Assembly: GCA_964579285.1 (NCBI GenBank)
Contig: CAZOHS010000001.1
Span: forward strand, 13,068-70,971
Source: an uncultured Rhodospirillaceae bacterium
GTDB lineage: Bacteria; Pseudomonadota; Alphaproteobacteria; MPNO01; UBA830
DNA: 57,904 bases
Reading direction: 5' to 3'
Shown here: positions 56,001 through 57,904 of the stretch, in pieces
Layout: each line of letters opens with the position of its first letter
How positions within the stretch are numbered: position 1 is the stretch's first letter
The notes under the pieces: generated by a model
The model's input: the letters and a program-made list of their open reading frames with translations, nothing else
Databases searched by the model: none
What the model was told of the DNA's origin: nothing
Program-made: the position numbers and the translations under genes

Positions 56001-56939
56001 TCAGAATTTCACCATATCTCCGCCCTTCAACCCCAACCGTTCACGTGCCTCGGTGGGGCTCGCAACTTCGAGTGAAAGGTCCTCAACAATACGTTTGATC
56101 TTGGCAACCTGGTCCGCATTACTTTCGGCTAATTGCCCCTTGGCGATATAAAGCGAATCCTCCAAGCCTACACGAACATTTCCGCCCATAATTGCACCCG
56201 AAGTAACAAAATTCATTTGGTGACGCCCGGCCGCAAGAATAGACCACTCATAATTCTCTTCGCCAAAGAGTTTATTTGCAATTCGACGCATGTGCGCAAG
56301 ATTTTCGATGTCCGCGCCAATGCCTCCAAGAATTCCAAAAATCGTTTGAATAAAGAAAGGAGGCTTAATTAAACCCCGGTCTACAAAATGGGCAAGGTTA
56401 TAAAGATGGCCCATGTCATAGCATTCAAACTCAAATCTAACACCGTGCTCTTCACCTAATGTCTTCAGCACCCATTCGATATCTGCAAAAGTATTACGGA
56501 AGATAAAATCTCGCGTCATTTCCAAATATTCGGGTTCCCACTGATGTTTCCAGTCAAGATTCTTTTCGAGAATTGGATACAGGCCGAAATTCATCGATCC
56601 CATATTCAGTGACGTCATTTCCGGACTAACAGCTAGTGCGGCCGCACACCGTTCTTCCAAAGTCATACCATGTCCACCACCCGTCGTTATATTTACCACG
56701 GCATCGGTTGCCTGTTTTATTCGGGGCAGGAATTCCATAAAAACCCCAGGATCGGGAGTTGGTCGACCATCGTCAGGATCGCGTGCGTGCAAATGGAGTA
56801 TAGACGCCCCAGCTTCGGCCGCCTTGATGGCGTCCTCAGCCACCTCGTTCGGGGTAATGGGTAGAAATGGCGACATGGTCGGCGTGTGAATAGCCCCTGT
56901 CACCGCACAGGTAATGATAACTTTTCCATCTTTAGCCAT
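56001..56939 (-). CDS. 3-keto-5-aminohexanoate cleavage enzyme family (BKACE, DUF849) beta-keto acid cleavage enzyme
   Basis: 312 aa with IITCAVTGAIHTP and ILHLHARDPDDGRPT. Confidence 0.85.
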   Translation of the reverse strand: MAKDGKVIITCAVTGAIHTPTMSPFLPITPNEVAEDAIKAAEAGASILHLHARDPDDGRPTPDPGVFMEFLPRIKQATDAVVNITTGGGHGMTLEERCAAALAVSPEMTSLNMGSMNFGLYPILEKNLDWKHQWEPEYLEMTRDFIFRNTFADIEWVLKTLGEEHGVRFEFECYDMGHLYNLAHFVDRGLIKPPFFIQTIFGILGGIGADIENLAHMRRIANKLFGEENYEWSILAAGRHQMNFVTSGAIMGGNVRVGLEDSLYIAKGQLAESNADQVAKIKRIVEDLSLEVASPTEARERLGLKGGDMVKF

Positions 56940-56960
56940 TAGGGATGTCCTTCACGTTTT

Positions 56961-57737
56961 TTATTCCTGGATAACGGCGACGGCTCGGGTCCATCCCGCC
57001 CCCGCGCGTTTAATCTTTGTCGGGAAACATATTACGTCGAAACCCGTAGACGGCAATTCATTTAAGTTCGCCATCTTTTCAACTTGGAGATAACCTCTCT
57101 CCATCCCGGCTTTATGCCCCTCCCAGATAATAGAGGGATCTTTTGTCTTGTTCCACCGATCCAGCGTTTGGGGAAATGGCGCATCCCAACTCCAAGCATC
57201 AGTCCCAACGACACGTATACCTTGAGCTGTTAGCCATAACGTCGCTTCACGGCCAAAGCCACACCCCTTACTCAAATAATCGTCTTCTCCGTAGCGCTCC
57301 CCTGCTGAGGTATTTACTACGACAATATTGAGTGGTTCCAGAACGTGACCAATGCGATTGAGCTCCGCTTCCATATCTTCCGGGGTCACGAGGTAACCAT
57401 CAGCGAGGTGACGAAAGTCGAATTTCACCGCAGGCTGGTAACACCACTCAAGCGGTATTTCGTCAATTGTAATTGCCCGCTGCCCGCCATTCATCGTGGG
57501 ATGATAATGCCACGGTGCGTCAACGTGGGTCCCATTGTGTGTCGTGAGTTCAATTTCCTCAATCGCCCATCCCATGCCTTCGGGTAATTGGTTTGGTACC
57601 AAACCGGGAAACAATTCACACAAATCCTTTGCTGTCTCCTGATGTGTCAGATAATTAATTTTTGGAAGCATAAATTCTGGATCGGATTTTATTCCTGTTT
57701 CGAGCGCCACTGATAAATCGATTAAACGTCGAGGCAT
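56961..57737 (-). CDS. Cyclase family protein (kynurenine formamidase-like metal hydrolase)
   Basis: It has the HNGTHVDAPWHY motif. I chose the ATG at 57737 (MPRRLIDLSVAL) after AAGGAAA. The ORF track start is 57791. Confidence 0.8.
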   Translation of the reverse strand: MPRRLIDLSVALETGIKSDPEFMLPKINYLTHQETAKDLCELFPGLVPNQLPEGMGWAIEEIELTTHNGTHVDAPWHYHPTMNGGQRAITIDEIPLEWCYQPAVKFDFRHLADGYLVTPEDMEAELNRIGHVLEPLNIVVVNTSAGERYGEDDYLSKGCGFGREATLWLTAQGIRVVGTDAWSWDAPFPQTLDRWNKTKDPSIIWEGHKAGMERGYLQVEKMANLNELPSTGFDVICFPTKIKRAGAGWTRAVAVIQE

Positions 57738-57848
57738 GATTTTTCCTTTTTCGTTATAAGGACAGGGCGAACAAAATTGACTGACGAACACGAATAACTC
57801 AAAAATATTAAATTATTACTCACTTTCAAAACAAATAATGGAAATGTA

Positions 57849-57904
57849 ATGCGGCTAGTGACTTTCAAAACAAGTGACGGCGCTGTGCGCCTTGGAGCAT
57901 TAAT
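57849..57904 (+). CDS. 5' end of a gene running off the right edge, possibly FAH family
   Basis: The ATG at 57849 gives MRLVTFKTSDGAVRLGAL..., a typical N-terminus for FAH-domain proteins. Only 18 codons are visible. Confidence 0.3.
   Translation, partial: MRLVTFKTSDGAVRLGAL

Noticed and set aside
1-57904. Search for CRISPR arrays, tRNA/rRNA genes, IS elements, integrases, toxin-antitoxin or known defence-system genes
   Set aside because: I saw no direct-repeat/spacer arrays, no tRNA-like cloverleaf regions in the few spacers over 150 bp, and no ORF with transposase, integrase, nuclease-helicase or NTPase defence-type motifs. The window looks like core or accessory metabolic chromosome, not a mobile island.

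Overview
This is a gene-dense window with about 57 protein-coding genes, coding on both strands. Intergenic regions are short and AT-rich, and GTG/TTG starts are frequent. I found no rRNA, tRNA, CRISPR array, transposase, integrase or phage gene. I also found no recognisable transcription factor.

The content is mostly catabolic enzymes and solute uptake systems:
- one TTT permease, cut by the left edge and absent from the ORF track
- two TRAP systems
- one Liv-type ABC system
- two DMT/EamA exporters

Housekeeping genes (ispG, thrH, an Nfu-type Fe-S carrier, korAB) are interspersed. The style fits a streamlined marine, probably alpha-, proteobacterium, but that is only an impression.

The most interesting region is roughly 19.7-35.6 kb. 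One operon encodes a xanthine-dehydrogenase-family Mo hydroxylase (an FAD subunit plus a fused FeS/MoCo subunit), a 6-hydroxynicotinate-reductase-like Fe-S protein and a UPF0280 protein. Next to it lie an enamidase-like amidohydrolase, a cysteine hydrolase, an SDR, an orphan second Mo large subunit and two DUF1185 ('amino acid synthesis family') paralogs. The operon is divergently paired with 2-oxoglutarate:ferredoxin oxidoreductase (korAB).

I read this as an anaerobe-style, ferredoxin-dependent N-heterocycle (nicotinate-type) catabolic module. Its accessory genes (UPF0280, DUF1185 x2, the orphan Mo subunit, and a possible KorAB electron supply) have no described function.

Other points of interest:
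- three VanA-type Rieske oxygenases with no reductase, two of them in tandem with a GST
- a TauD / flavin-monooxygenase / DUF1330 / Liv-ABC cluster
- a three-domain Nfu protein
- a TctA-TctB fusion
- an ORF that looks like only the N-terminal domain of malonyl-CoA decarboxylase

All functional calls come from motif and family recognition by eye. No searches were run.
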